Part shown: positions 18,134 through 28,166 of the stretch, in pieces | How positions within the stretch are numbered: the stretch's first letter is position 1 | How the letters are laid out: each line of letters begins with the position of its first letter | NCBI GenBank assembly: GCA_947494155.1 | Contig: CANLTW010000001.1 | Span: 128,001 to 192,000, forward strand | Direction: 5' to 3' | From: Chlamydiota bacterium | Lineage (GTDB): Bacteria; Chlamydiota; Chlamydiia; Chlamydiales; RGXB01 | Length of the DNA stretch: 64,000 nucleotides | Program-made: the position numbers and the translations under genes | The notes under the pieces: model-generated | What the model was told of the DNA's origin: nothing | Databases searched by the model: none | The model's input: the letters and a program-made list of their open reading frames with translations, nothing else

Positions 18134-19807
18134 TTATTCCTTCCCCTCAACAGCCTCAAGGAAAGCTTGTAGCTGCTTGGATCGGGTGGGATGACGCATT
18201 TTTCTCAAAGCTTTGGCCTCAATTTGGCGCACCCTTTCACGAGTTACCTTAAATTGCACACCTACCTCTTCGAGAGTTTTCGGTTTTCCGTCAAGTAAAC
18301 CGAAACGTTCGATTAATACTGTACGCTCTCTGTCAGTTAATGTCGAGAGAACTTCGTTCATTTTATCTTTTAGGATCGAATATCCTGTAGCATCTGCAGG
18401 GGACTCGGTAGCGGTATCCTCAAGGAAATCACCAAATTGACTCTCTCCGCTGTCTCCCACTTCTGCTTGCAAGGAGATCGGATGTTGAGCAATTCGATAA
18501 ATCTCACGCACCCTATCCGGAGTCAACCCAAGCTCTTTAGCAAGCTCCTCGGGCGTCGGCTCCTTACCTGTCTCCATCATGAGCTTTTTAGCGCCCCTTA
18601 ATACACGGTTGATAGTCTCAATCATGTGTACAGGGATACGGATCGTGCGAGCCTGATCGGCAATCGCTCGTGTTACTGCTTGTCGAATCCACCAGGTGGC
18701 ATAGGTAGAGAATTTATACCCGCGTCGGTATTCAAATTTTTCCACCGCCTTCATTAACCCCATGTTCCCCTCTTGGATCAGATCCAAGAAAGAAAGGCCA
18801 CGGTTCGTGTATTTTTTCGCAATCGAGATCACAAGGCGCAGGTTGGACTCTACCATCTCTCTTTTAGCTTCCTGGCTCTTGTCCATCCAGCGCTGCAACA
18901 TGCGGACATCTTTTTTATATTCGTCCAATGTCCTTCCGGCAGCAAGCTCTCTTAAAAATAGACGTCGTCTCGCCGAAAAAAGTTTTTGCGCTGCAAAGCG
19001 ATTTTTTTCTGCTCTTGGAATAAGATCTTTGATCTCTTTTTCCAAATGCAAAAGCCTGTCATAGCTTGAGAGGATTACTTCGCCGAAATCTTCAATTACC
19101 GAATATTTCAGGTGCATGCGTCGCAAGTAGGCTTGTGTTCTTATACGGCTTTTTTCTATCGCCTCAAGGACTTTGATCCTTTCAGCCTTATTATTTTCCA
19201 CCTCTTTCATTTTCAGAAGCTGCGGCTCTAAAAAAGCATCCTCTTTAGAAAGGAGCTCCTCTAGTTTAGGCAATAGTTGCATGAATTTGGCGCGGTCTTC
19301 CACCTCTTTTTCGGCAACAATTTTATCAAAGCGTTCTTTGCCGGAGATGAGATAACGGATGATTGAGCAGGTCTCTCTTTCAGAGTAACGGAAGCGCATG
19401 ATGATCCTTTCGATCTGCATTTGCGCTTTTTCGATCCTTTTGGAAATTTCGACCTCTTCTTCGCGAGTAAGAAGGGGGACAGAACCCATCTCTTTAAGAT
19501 ACATCCTAACGGGATCATCTGCAGCTGCATCAGAGCGTTTTGGCAAGAGTTCTAATTCTTTAGCCTCTTTTTTACGCTCTTTTTGCTTCTCAATCTCTGC
19601 TTGATTGTAGATCTGGATATCCATCCCACTTAAGAAAATCAATACTTGATCGATCTCTTCCGCAGTGTCAAATGTCATCGGAAGGATATCATTGATCTCT
19701 TCGTAGGTGATGAATCCCTGTTCCTTAGCAACAGCGACCAGCTCCTCGATTTTTTGCTGATATTGAGGATCCGTGTGTTGGTTTTCGGATGGTTTGCTCA
19801 TATTCAT
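18134..19807 (-). CDS. rpoD: RNA polymerase primary sigma factor (sigma66/RpoD), canonical copy
   Basis: All conserved regions present, including canonical MGSVPLL and DLIQEGN. The start could alternatively be ATG 19801. Confidence 0.96.
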   Translation of the reverse strand: MNMSKPSENQHTDPQYQQKIEELVAVAKEQGFITYEEINDILPMTFDTAEEIDQVLIFLSGMDIQIYNQAEIEKQKERKKEAKELELLPKRSDAAADDPVRMYLKEMGSVPLLTREEEVEISKRIEKAQMQIERIIMRFRYSERETCSIIRYLISGKERFDKIVAEKEVEDRAKFMQLLPKLEELLSKEDAFLEPQLLKMKEVENNKAERIKVLEAIEKSRIRTQAYLRRMHLKYSVIEDFGEVILSSYDRLLHLEKEIKDLIPRAEKNRFAAQKLFSARRRLFLRELAAGRTLDEYKKDVRMLQRWMDKSQEAKREMVESNLRLVISIAKKYTNRGLSFLDLIQEGNMGLMKAVEKFEYRRGYKFSTYATWWIRQAVTRAIADQARTIRIPVHMIETINRVLRGAKKLMMETGKEPTPEELAKELGLTPDRVREIYRIAQHPISLQAEVGDSGESQFGDFLEDTATESPADATGYSILKDKMNEVLSTLTDRERTVLIERFGLLDGKPKTLEEVGVQFKVTRERVRQIEAKALRKMRHPTRSKQLQAFLEAVEGKE

Positions 19808-19810
19808 GAT

Positions 19811-19839
19811 ATTGTTATATGAATATCACTTAATGTCAA
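19811..19839 (-). promoter_or_regulatory. Candidate sigma66 promoter of canonical rpoD
   Basis: Perfect TTGACA (19839-19834), 17 bp, then a weak -10 (AACAAT) only a few nt before the start codons; no SD visible. Confidence 0.4.
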
Positions 19840-19913
19840 GTTTTGAACAGTCCACCTCCGCTAGCCCTCATAAAAGAAAAAAAAGGGGGGAGCCTTCTGA
19901 CGCCCGTTTTCGT

Positions 19914-20345
19914 ATGGCCAAAAGCTCCTTGCATAGAGACATTCAGCTTTTTTTATGCAACTACTACTCCGGTGAAGATCTTTTAATGGAAAAAAAATTC
20001 CCCTCAATTAAAAGGACGGCAGACCTGGTTTTACTCAAACAAAAAAAGGTCTTTGAGGTGCAGACCTCTTTAATAGGGATTAAAGAGCTTTTAGAGCGCG
20101 AAAGGGATTACCGCTCACTAGGGTATGAAATTACCTGGCTCCTTTACGATAAAATTTTTTACTGTGAACCGCCGCTTCTAGTCACACGTGTTTTTTCTTC
20201 CAAAAACACCTATTATTTCTCGTTTCACAACGAGAAGCTCTTTTTATTTCGTAATCTAGACCTCGAGCCAGTCCCGGTCGATTTGTTTTTTCAACCCGAT
20301 CCATTTTACAAAAAATGTTTGCGATTTTTTAAAGGTTTTCTTTAG
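19914..20345 (+). CDS. CoiA-like PD-(D/E)XK nuclease-family protein
   Basis: SLHRDIQ...RTADLV...VFEVQTSLI...ERERDYRSLGYEITWLL follows the CoiA pattern. Start trimmed from 19773 to ATG 19914. Confidence 0.7.
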   Translation: MAKSSLHRDIQLFLCNYYSGEDLLMEKKFPSIKRTADLVLLKQKKVFEVQTSLIGIKELLERERDYRSLGYEITWLLYDKIFYCEPPLLVTRVFSSKNTYYFSFHNEKLFLFRNLDLEPVPVDLFFQPDPFYKKCLRFFKGFL

Positions 20346-20770
20346 CGGCTATCTTTGGTAAAAGAGAATCTATGCGAGTAGGCATACAACCAGATAAAAT
20401 AGATGCTGACGGCCAAAGCCAATCCAAAATGGACCAACTCTTTCATCGGAAAATATTTTTGCAGACTAAACGAGCTGTCATAGGAGTTTTTATACACCGT
20501 CCAGCTCTCTTTTCGCATTTCCTCCATCGCCTCTTGCGCAACGAATTCATTTAAAAATCTTTCTTTAAACCTGTAATCGACCTGTCTATCGCCAACTTGG
20601 AATGCAGCCTCTAAAAAAAAGGTCCCTTTAGGTCCGGGTTGGATATCAAAGTGGGCGATCTCCACTTGTTCAACCGGATACTGACAAGAATATTCAAAAA
20701 ATTTTATTACAAAATTTGCGCCTAAATAAAGATTACTTGCTAAAATAAGAAAAAATAGCCCCTGCCACAT
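20342..20770 (-). CDS. Hypothetical protein with two terminal TM segments
   Basis: 142 aa; hydrophobic N- and C-terminal helices flank a beta-rich region. Confidence 0.7.
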   Translation of the reverse strand: MWQGLFFLILASNLYLGANFVIKFFEYSCQYPVEQVEIAHFDIQPGPKGTFFLEAAFQVGDRQVDYRFKERFLNEFVAQEAMEEMRKESWTVYKNSYDSSFSLQKYFPMKELVHFGLALAVSIYFIWLYAYSHRFSFTKDSR

Positions 20771-20840
20771 GAAAATCCTTTATGCAAAACGACCACCCTG
20801 TTATAGTTGGAACAGTAGTTTTTAGGAAAGTACAATATCT

Positions 20841-21119
20841 ATGGCCGAAAAGAAACCAAAAGGTCCTCAAAAGCGTCCAAGCGCTCTCAAAAGAGACGAC
20901 CAAGCTGAAAAGCGCCGCTTGAGAAACAGATCCCGCAAAGCTCAAATCTTTACTGAACGCAAAAAATTAGAGGCGGCTTCTGCTGACAAAAAATCTGCTC
21001 AACTCAGTACTGTCGTAAGCCTTTTAGATAAAGCTGCGAAAAAAGGGACTATTCACCCAAACAAAGCCAGCCGTCTGAAGTCCCGTCTAGCGTTACGCAC
21101 AAATAAAGCTTTAGCTTAA
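20841..21119 (+). CDS. rpsT: 30S ribosomal protein S20
   Basis: SALKR..QAEKRRLRNRSRK and LDKAAKKGTIHPNKASRLKSRL. Confidence 0.96.
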   Translation: MAEKKPKGPQKRPSALKRDDQAEKRRLRNRSRKAQIFTERKKLEAASADKKSAQLSTVVSLLDKAAKKGTIHPNKASRLKSRLALRTNKALA

Positions 21120-21146
21120 GATCTTTTTTCAAAAAATTGATGGATC

Positions 21147-21177
21147 AAGGGGCCCTTAATGGGACCCCTTTTTTTTT
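21147..21177 (+). terminator. Rho-independent terminator after rpsT
   Basis: AAGGGGCCC-TTAAT-GGGACCCCTT stem-loop followed by a T run. Confidence 0.75.
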
Positions 21178-22905
21178 CTATCTCGCTACTACCCTGCTGG
21201 GAAGTTGAGGCAAGAAGGTCACCTCATACTTTTTCGACTCTAGTTTTTTATAGACTGCCCGAAGGATTTCGACATTGATTTTAAGATTCTGCATCAGCTT
21301 TCTAAAAAAGAGGCTCTCTTTGAAATCTTCAAGCGATTTGCGCGAGGTGAAAATCAAAAATGGGCATCTCTCCTCTTTCATGATCGCCAGCTGAAATTGA
21401 TCCAATGAATTTTTTGAAGTGTAGATGTGTACATTTGCAAATAGGTTCAAAAAATGGTCCACTATCCCTTTTTTCTCCTTTATAAAGTAGAAATGGATGT
21501 TGGGGCTATAGGTGGTTAATAGGGCCAAATCCATCCAGGTGCGCGGGATAAACATATACATCCGTTTGCGCATCGATTCCTCTAGTTCGGGCTCGACAAG
21601 ATCCACTCTGTATATCCGTCCGATTGTGGAGCGCAAAAGATAGTGCATGGATCTAGCGGACAATCGACTGAACACATAGGCAAAAAAGGCAAGGGTAACA
21701 AAAGCAATAAAGAAAAAGCCGGTTTTTGGACTGTCGAACAAGGAGATTGCTAAAGAGGCGATTGCTACCCCTAAAAAACTCAAGAAATTGGTTGCAGCAA
21801 CTACTTGCCCCCGCCTCTCCAAAGGGGTATTAGTCTGGTAGAAGGCATCAAACGGGACAATATACATCCCCCCCGTAAGCCCTAAAATAAAGAGACATAC
21901 AGCTGTAGACCAGTAAAACGGGATGATAGGCATCAAAAGTAGCGCCAGACCCGATATAAGCCCTGCAAGTGCCGATAGACCAATTTCGGCCTCTTTGCGC
22001 GACAATTTACCAGCAACCCAGCCCCCGATCGAAATCCCCACGGCGGCGGCCACAAACACATTCCCCCCATCCTCTTTCGTCAGCCCCAGCGATTCGATTG
22101 CATAGGGAACCATGTTCATTTGCACAAAAGCAGCCACAAATAAAAAGAAGGTTGAACCAAAAATTGAGGTGAGCAGAAAGGGGGTTTTTTGACAGAATTT
22201 CAGCGTCTCGTACACCTCTTTTACAAAGAAAGGGGAGGCTTTACAATCGTTGGCAACAGCAGGGGTTGGCCTCACACACAACGAGGCGAAACATCCTATC
22301 AAAGCAGCCCAGAGGCAAAAAGTCGATGCAAACGTGTAGTCCCCCCCTGAATAGGTAGACAATACCCCCCCCATCACCATCCCCACAATCACTGCAAGGT
22401 AAGTCGAAGCGGTGATTAACCCATTTGCTCTGGGAATCTCTTCTTTTGTCACCAATTCAGCTATGATGCTGTATTTGGGCGGCCCCATCAAGGCGGCTAC
22501 AACAGAGAGCATAAAAAGGAGTGCATAGCAGGCTAAAGCGCTTTGACAATAGAAAGCTAATATCCCCACTAATGTGACCACCACCTCGCCACACTTCAGG
22601 GCCGTCATGAATTTTTGTTTGCTAATTTTATCCGCAAGCTTTCCTGCAAAAGAGGAGAAAAGCAAAAACGGTAACACGTACACAATTCCCACCGTTGACA
22701 TGATTTCGGCAGACCCTTTGTCGCCCTGGATGGAGATTAACAAAAATATCGTTAAAAACTTAAAAAGGTTATCCACAAGAGCCGAGGTAAATTGGGAAAT
22801 ATTGTGAAACATCAAGGAATTTTTAAAAAAAGGGTTCCCCTCTCTGTAAAAAGAAAAATTTGAAAGATGGGCTCGTTGAAACGGAGTTTTCGATTTAATC
22901 CTCAT
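21178..22905 (-). CDS. MFS transporter, LplT/Aas-like lysophospholipid transporter with degenerate C-terminal domain
   Basis: QFTSALVDNLFK, LPFLLFSSFAGKLADKISK, GPPKYSIIAEL and RANGL motifs; about 12 TM. Start set at MRIKSK to avoid overlap with recC. Confidence 0.8.
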   Translation of the reverse strand: MRIKSKTPFQRAHLSNFSFYREGNPFFKNSLMFHNISQFTSALVDNLFKFLTIFLLISIQGDKGSAEIMSTVGIVYVLPFLLFSSFAGKLADKISKQKFMTALKCGEVVVTLVGILAFYCQSALACYALLFMLSVVAALMGPPKYSIIAELVTKEEIPRANGLITASTYLAVIVGMVMGGVLSTYSGGDYTFASTFCLWAALIGCFASLCVRPTPAVANDCKASPFFVKEVYETLKFCQKTPFLLTSIFGSTFFLFVAAFVQMNMVPYAIESLGLTKEDGGNVFVAAAVGISIGGWVAGKLSRKEAEIGLSALAGLISGLALLLMPIIPFYWSTAVCLFILGLTGGMYIVPFDAFYQTNTPLERRGQVVAATNFLSFLGVAIASLAISLFDSPKTGFFFIAFVTLAFFAYVFSRLSARSMHYLLRSTIGRIYRVDLVEPELEESMRKRMYMFIPRTWMDLALLTTYSPNIHFYFIKEKKGIVDHFLNLFANVHIYTSKNSLDQFQLAIMKEERCPFLIFTSRKSLEDFKESLFFRKLMQNLKINVEILRAVYKKLESKKYEVTFLPQLPSRVVAR

Positions 22906-22925
22906 CGGATATCCTCTTTTATACG

Positions 22926-24692
22926 ATGACTTTACCACATTTAACCCAATCGAGCAAAGACCTTTTCGCCCCGGCGAACCTAGGTACAATCCTCCAAAGC
23001 AATCACCTTCAACATCTTATTGAAGAATTAAAAAAAAGGCTAACATCCGATTCTTTGAAAAAAACCTCTGTACTAGTGGAAACCTCATCTATCAAAAATT
23101 ATTTGAAAACAGAGCTTGGCAGCTTTGCCGGGGTCGATTTTGTCGAACCCGCTCAATTTGACCCTTTTTTGCGCTATAGAATCGATAAAGAGCTTGCCGA
23201 TGTTTTCCATCTCTACGCCAAATTCGGGGGTGATGCCCTAGAAAATTGGCTTAAAATACCCTCTTTGGAGGCCGATACTTACCGCCAGCACGTACGTCGC
23301 AGCGTCCCGGTGCGCGCTTTTGAGCTACACATCTTCCACCCCACCTACCTCCCCAAATGGTATCTCGACGCTCTCCTGAGGCACTCCCCTAAGGTAAAAT
23401 ATTTTTTTTACATTCTGTCCCCTTCCCCCTTTTTCCTTATGGATCTTGTCCAAGAAAAACACCTGGTATCGGATGCTTTAGAACGTGTTTATGTAGAGGA
23501 CCAATTCAGGCTTTTAGCCAACCTCATCCCCTACAAACTTTCATTGTTCAAAACGCTGGAAAAATATGCCTTGGACTCTATTGATCTTTTTCAGGAACCC
23601 TTAGGAAATTCGAGCCTTCAAAAGCTCAAAAGAAACCTCTTTAGCCAAAGAGCCGAGCCCATTGATCCCGACGCCTCGCTTAATGTGATACCTAGCCTTA
23701 ACCCCCTTGATGAGGTGAAAAACTGCTTTACTCATCTCTATACTCTTTTAGACTGCAACCCAAACTTAATACCTAGCGACATCACTATTTTTGCCGATCT
23801 TAAAAAATACGGCCCCCTTTTGGAGCTGGTTTTTGCCGACAAACTTGCTCTTCAAATCGATCAGGTTCCCCTTATCCGTTTTGACCCTGAGGTAAAACAA
23901 TTTTATCGTCTTTTTCAATTGATCGATGGCCCATGGAATTTAAGAACTCTTAAATCCCTGTTTTTCTCAGAAGAGCTTGCAGATTGGCTTGAGCATGTGG
24001 GATTCCACTCAGGATTCCATCCTGCGCACCAGAAAAGCTCGTGCGGTGTAAAAGAGGAGCTGGGGAAATCTTTTGTAGAGTGTTTTGAACAACTCATCGA
24101 TCGGATGGTATTTGCTGAAAATGGGCTCTTACCCCCTTTTCCACTCTCTTTAGGTCTATCTCTTTTAGAAACCTACGATCGGCTCGAATCTCTATACAAA
24201 GAGACTGTTTTTCTTAAGAATTTTCAAGCTCCGCTCGATGCTTGGCTTGAGCGGTTGCGAGATTTTTTTTTAAACCACCTCAACGTCTCCCCTTCCCATG
24301 ACTTTTTCAAAGAATGGGCAAATTATCAGCCGTTGGTGACGCAAGAAGAGTGTGATTTTTCTTTTCTTAGACAAATCTTTTATGATCTTTTTGAGTCGCT
24401 AAAAGGGCCCCTGCTTCTGAATGAGGGTGATAGGATTCGCGCAAGCAATCTCAAAGAGGGGGCGATACTTCCGAATAAGATTCTTTTTGTCCTTGGAATG
24501 GGGATTGAAGATTTTCCCGGCTATAGGCACCTCTCGATGCTTTATCGACTAGAAAAGTACCCCCCGCCCCAGGGAATGGTGGATCGTTACAAATTTCTAG
24601 AAGTCCTTTTAGCGGCCGAGGAGCGACTCCTCTTCAGCTACTCTACAAAAGCCCCTTCGACCCTTTTAGAGGAGATCTTCCGTCCTGTATGA
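22926..24692 (+). CDS. recC: RecC (exonuclease V gamma), N-terminal helicase-like part
   Basis: QSNHLQHL, DEVKNC, PSDITIFADLKKYGPLL, KILFVLGM...FP, DRYKFLEVLLAAEERLLFSY and PSTLLEEI; upstream of recB. Confidence 0.8.
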   Translation: MTLPHLTQSSKDLFAPANLGTILQSNHLQHLIEELKKRLTSDSLKKTSVLVETSSIKNYLKTELGSFAGVDFVEPAQFDPFLRYRIDKELADVFHLYAKFGGDALENWLKIPSLEADTYRQHVRRSVPVRAFELHIFHPTYLPKWYLDALLRHSPKVKYFFYILSPSPFFLMDLVQEKHLVSDALERVYVEDQFRLLANLIPYKLSLFKTLEKYALDSIDLFQEPLGNSSLQKLKRNLFSQRAEPIDPDASLNVIPSLNPLDEVKNCFTHLYTLLDCNPNLIPSDITIFADLKKYGPLLELVFADKLALQIDQVPLIRFDPEVKQFYRLFQLIDGPWNLRTLKSLFFSEELADWLEHVGFHSGFHPAHQKSSCGVKEELGKSFVECFEQLIDRMVFAENGLLPPFPLSLGLSLLETYDRLESLYKETVFLKNFQAPLDAWLERLRDFFLNHLNVSPSHDFFKEWANYQPLVTQEECDFSFLRQIFYDLFESLKGPLLLNEGDRIRASNLKEGAILPNKILFVLGMGIEDFPGYRHLSMLYRLEKYPPPQGMVDRYKFLEVLLAAEERLLFSYSTKAPSTLLEEIFRPV

Positions 24693-25435
24693 AAAACCTT
24701 AAAGAGTTAAAAACTCTCCTTTGCGATCCTTTAAAATTTTTCTACGATGTAGGGCATAAAATTGCCGCTCCTTACACAGAAGACCCTTTAAAAGAGCGCC
24801 TTAATCATCCAAAATACCTAGTACAATCCATAAAACAGTCTCTGTACTTTTTTGATCTAGACCAGCTCTCTTTTTATGGGGAGTCGCTCTCAAAAATGGC
24901 TCGAGCCGAACTTTTAGCCGATCTTGAGGAGGAAGATAGGTGCATTATCCAACAGTTAAAAATGCACCAATTGACCAAAGATGCCCTTTTCAGCATAGAT
25001 ATTCTAGACCATATCAAAGAGCCCTATTCCAGACAAAACGTCCGTTTTATCCCGAAAACCACTTTGACAGGACACATCGGTGTCGTTGCAGAAAAAGGGA
25101 TTCTAGTGAATCAAAAAAGGGAGAAGAATTCGGAGTTTTTTAAGGCTCTTTTGCCCCCCCTTCTCCTTTTATCCACTATAGACACGAACATCCCTTTAAA
25201 AATGCTCCTTTTTAACGGTGAAGATTTTTCTATGACAAAAAACGAAGCGTCGGAACTTTTGGACTGCTTATTACACTTGTATCCGATTGCGCTCAAGCAA
25301 CCCCTTGAGCCCCTTACAAACCTTTCCGATAAGTTTGGAGCATACAGCCCGATCGCCCCTTTTTTCGAGGAGATAGACACCCCTTTAGTAACTACCCTCA
25401 ACACTCTAGTCAAGGGGCTGTATGAGAGGTTTTGA
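24689..25435 (+). CDS. Probable RecC C-terminal domain encoded as a separate ORF
   Basis: Begins LKELKTLLCDPLKFFY, resembling the start of the RecC C-terminal domain; ATGA-coupled to the recC N-terminal ORF and overlapping the recB start. Confidence 0.6.
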   Translation: MKNLKELKTLLCDPLKFFYDVGHKIAAPYTEDPLKERLNHPKYLVQSIKQSLYFFDLDQLSFYGESLSKMARAELLADLEEEDRCIIQQLKMHQLTKDALFSIDILDHIKEPYSRQNVRFIPKTTLTGHIGVVAEKGILVNQKREKNSEFFKALLPPLLLLSTIDTNIPLKMLLFNGEDFSMTKNEASELLDCLLHLYPIALKQPLEPLTNLSDKFGAYSPIAPFFEEIDTPLVTTLNTLVKGLYERF

Positions 25436-28166
25436 CGTCTTAGATAAAAATCAATCGATTCTGGGAAGCCTCCTCATCGAGGCATCCGCGGGCACGGGGA
25501 AAACTTTTACTATCGAGCACACCGTTCTACGGCTTGTTAAAGAGGAAAAAATCCCTCTCCACAAAATACTTCTTTTAACCTTCACTGAAGCTAGCCAAAA
25601 GGATCTAATGGTGCGCGTCCTTGGCCGCCTAAAAAAAGAGAATTTTTTCGGCTTCTTAGAGGAGATGCCGATCCTTACATTCCAAAAGTTTATCCACCGC
25701 TTTTTGAACAAACCCCAAGAGTCAACCCACTCCCCTAGTTTACATCAGGAATTGGAAACCTTTATACGCACGCTGGATCCTTATAAAGAATTTGGTCCAA
25801 AACAGCTAAAAAAGCTCCTTTTCGCCCCCCGGTCTGATACCCATAAAGGGTTGAAAGAGCTTACCGACAAGCCCCCCTTTAGAGGGGATTTAATCCGCTT
25901 TGACGAGACTAATGAGAAGATCCACTCTATTTTAGAGCACTATGGAAAAGACCCTTTTTTTGCTCTGCTAAATAATTTTAGCCGCATCGAAAAAGAGGAC
26001 TTAGAGCTTTTTACCCTCTTTTTTTCAAACCCGCAACAAGCTTTAGACCAACAGCTCAGCAAAAAAAAATATGGCTTCCCTAAAATTATCCCTAAACACA
26101 TTAAATCTAACAAAACAGTTGTGATCCCAGTCGAAATCGCCATGATTTCCTCATTGATAGAGAAACTAGCCGATAGTGGGATGCAATGGACGTTTTTAAA
26201 ACAGCTTTTTGAAGCAAAAAGAAATCAGCAAATCGGGAGTTTTTCGCTCGATTTTGATCTTTTTTTACAAAAGCTCGAAGACCCCCTTTTTGTAGAACAG
26301 GTTTCACAAAAATTTGCAGCGGTAATTGTGGACGAATTCCAAGATACCGATCCGAGGCAGTGGGAGATCCTATCGAGGCTTTTTTTCAAAAAACCCCATA
26401 TCAAAACATTTATGGTCGTGGGCGATCCAAAACAGTCGATCTACAGGTTTAGAAACGCCGATTACGCCTCTTTTTATGCCGCCAAAAAAGCGTTGGGAAA
26501 AGAGGAGATTTTCCATTTGACCACCTCATACCGCTCCTCAGTTCGTCTTACAAATGCGACGAATGCCCTTTTTGAAATAGCACCACGCCCCTTTGATCCG
26601 ATCGATTACACTAGTGTTTTGAATGGCCGGCATGAAGAGGGGCTTGAGGTTCCTGTTGAGCTGGTAGTTTTTGAAAACCTCCCTAAAAATAAAGAGAAAA
26701 TCAATGAGATTCTCCACCCTTGGATTCTCTCGATTTTGTGCCAACAAAACATCGAGCTCGATCGCACAGCTATTTTAGTCAATCATCGCTATGAAGCTAC
26801 CGCTTTGGAGCAATTTTTACGAAAGCACTCCGTCCCGGTGAAACGAGTCGACAAAACACCCCTCAAAGATCGACTCTGTTTTCAGGAGTTTATTCAGCTT
26901 ATAAAGCTACTTAAAGACCCTTTCGACAAAAGAGCTCTACGCACCTACCATTTTCTTGTGACCCAAGAGATATTAACTGATGCTGAGGAGATCTTTTCTT
27001 CGTCTTATCATGGTACTATAAATACTTTACGAGAGATGAGGCAAAAAGCTTTTGAAAATGACTTTTCACTCTTTGTTAAGTCGTTTGAAAAAACCCCCCT
27101 GTTTCCCCTCCTATTAGAAAACCCACTCACCTCAATGGTCGATTTAGAGGAGCTTTTTGAAAAAATCTTCTATCATAGTGAAACACTCAAAGACTACGAC
27201 GAAAAAATAGATGGGGTCGAAATCATCACCACTTTTTCCTCAAAAGGGCTGGAATACGACACGGTGATTGCGCTGTCTCTGGCTACCGACGAGCGCAGAG
27301 AAGAGCTCAGTGGGGAGGACATCCAGGAAAAAATGCGCCTTTTGTATGTAGGATGTACCCGTTCGAAAGAGAAATTGATCCTTCCAGTTCTTTTGTCCAG
27401 GAAAAGTACTATCTGCTATTTTTTAGAAAAAGCCTGCCCGCAGCTATCTTTAGAAAACCTGAAAAAGTTGTTTCAAAATACCTTGGTACATGTTTCTGAG
27501 CCTAGTATTCAGGGAGCTAAAAAGAGTTTTAGCCCGATTCAGCAAGAGGATTTTCCCTATCCGGAAAAACCCAAATTTTATCCTAAAAAAGAGGCGCCCC
27601 TCTCTTTTAGCTCCATGGATTTTGAGGATTTAGCCATTGAAAAGGCGGTTCAGGGAGAATATGAGCTTCCGCTTGGGATCGAGTCGGGGGTATTCATCCA
27701 CAAAATCTTAGAAAGGATTTTCTCAGACCAGAGCAAAGAACTCTCAAAAGAGGTGGTGGAACCCATAGTTGAAAAATCCCTTTTTTTAACCCCTTATGCC
27801 CCTTTTAAAGACTATATTTTGCGCAAAGTCGAGTTTGTTTTGGACTATAAAATTGAGGGAGTTTCTTTAAAGCATATCCCCCCGCAGCAACGTCTTGCTG
27901 AGTCCCCTTTTTCTTTTTTTAGACAGAGCCAGCGTGTAGAAGGGGTCTATGACCTTCTCATCTTACTTAAAGATAGGATTCACATCATCGATTACAAGTT
28001 GACCCACCCAAGGAGTTTATCCACAAAAGAGCTCATAGAGGCATTTCACTATGATGAGCAGGGCAAGCTCTATAAAGAGGCGATACAAACTTTGTACCCG
28101 CTGATGAAGGATAAAGTAGAAATGCATTTTATTTTCTTACGCAACGAGGTGCACTATGTCCTCTAA
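25422..28166 (+). CDS. recB: RecB (exonuclease V beta) helicase/nuclease
   Basis: IEASAGTGKT, LLLTFT, VDEFQDTD, VGDPKQSIYRFRNAD, SKGLEY, RLLYVGCTR and nuclease motif GVYDLL...IIDYK. Confidence 0.93.
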   Translation: MRGFDVLDKNQSILGSLLIEASAGTGKTFTIEHTVLRLVKEEKIPLHKILLLTFTEASQKDLMVRVLGRLKKENFFGFLEEMPILTFQKFIHRFLNKPQESTHSPSLHQELETFIRTLDPYKEFGPKQLKKLLFAPRSDTHKGLKELTDKPPFRGDLIRFDETNEKIHSILEHYGKDPFFALLNNFSRIEKEDLELFTLFFSNPQQALDQQLSKKKYGFPKIIPKHIKSNKTVVIPVEIAMISSLIEKLADSGMQWTFLKQLFEAKRNQQIGSFSLDFDLFLQKLEDPLFVEQVSQKFAAVIVDEFQDTDPRQWEILSRLFFKKPHIKTFMVVGDPKQSIYRFRNADYASFYAAKKALGKEEIFHLTTSYRSSVRLTNATNALFEIAPRPFDPIDYTSVLNGRHEEGLEVPVELVVFENLPKNKEKINEILHPWILSILCQQNIELDRTAILVNHRYEATALEQFLRKHSVPVKRVDKTPLKDRLCFQEFIQLIKLLKDPFDKRALRTYHFLVTQEILTDAEEIFSSSYHGTINTLREMRQKAFENDFSLFVKSFEKTPLFPLLLENPLTSMVDLEELFEKIFYHSETLKDYDEKIDGVEIITTFSSKGLEYDTVIALSLATDERREELSGEDIQEKMRLLYVGCTRSKEKLILPVLLSRKSTICYFLEKACPQLSLENLKKLFQNTLVHVSEPSIQGAKKSFSPIQQEDFPYPEKPKFYPKKEAPLSFSSMDFEDLAIEKAVQGEYELPLGIESGVFIHKILERIFSDQSKELSKEVVEPIVEKSLFLTPYAPFKDYILRKVEFVLDYKIEGVSLKHIPPQQRLAESPFSFFRQSQRVEGVYDLLILLKDRIHIIDYKLTHPRSLSTKELIEAFHYDEQGKLYKEAIQTLYPLMKDKVEMHFIFLRNEVHYVL

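Larger units (their letters stand above)
16079..19801. repeat. Tandem duplication with a unit of about 1.86 kb (aspC leader + tRNA-Ala + rpoD ORF): 16079-17940 and 17941-19801
   Basis: Constant 1861-bp offset between the tRNA and rpoD copies; shared AATAGAGACAACTAGAAAAGTTGTTT at 16130 and 17991; diverged similarity continues up to the ATG codons. Confidence 0.93.

Noticed and set aside
16079..19801. rpoD duplication as a pure assembly artefact
   Set aside because: Considered unlikely, though not excluded without reads: the junction is a precise ATG fusion with a diverged leader and its own SD, and the copies differ heavily at synonymous sites.
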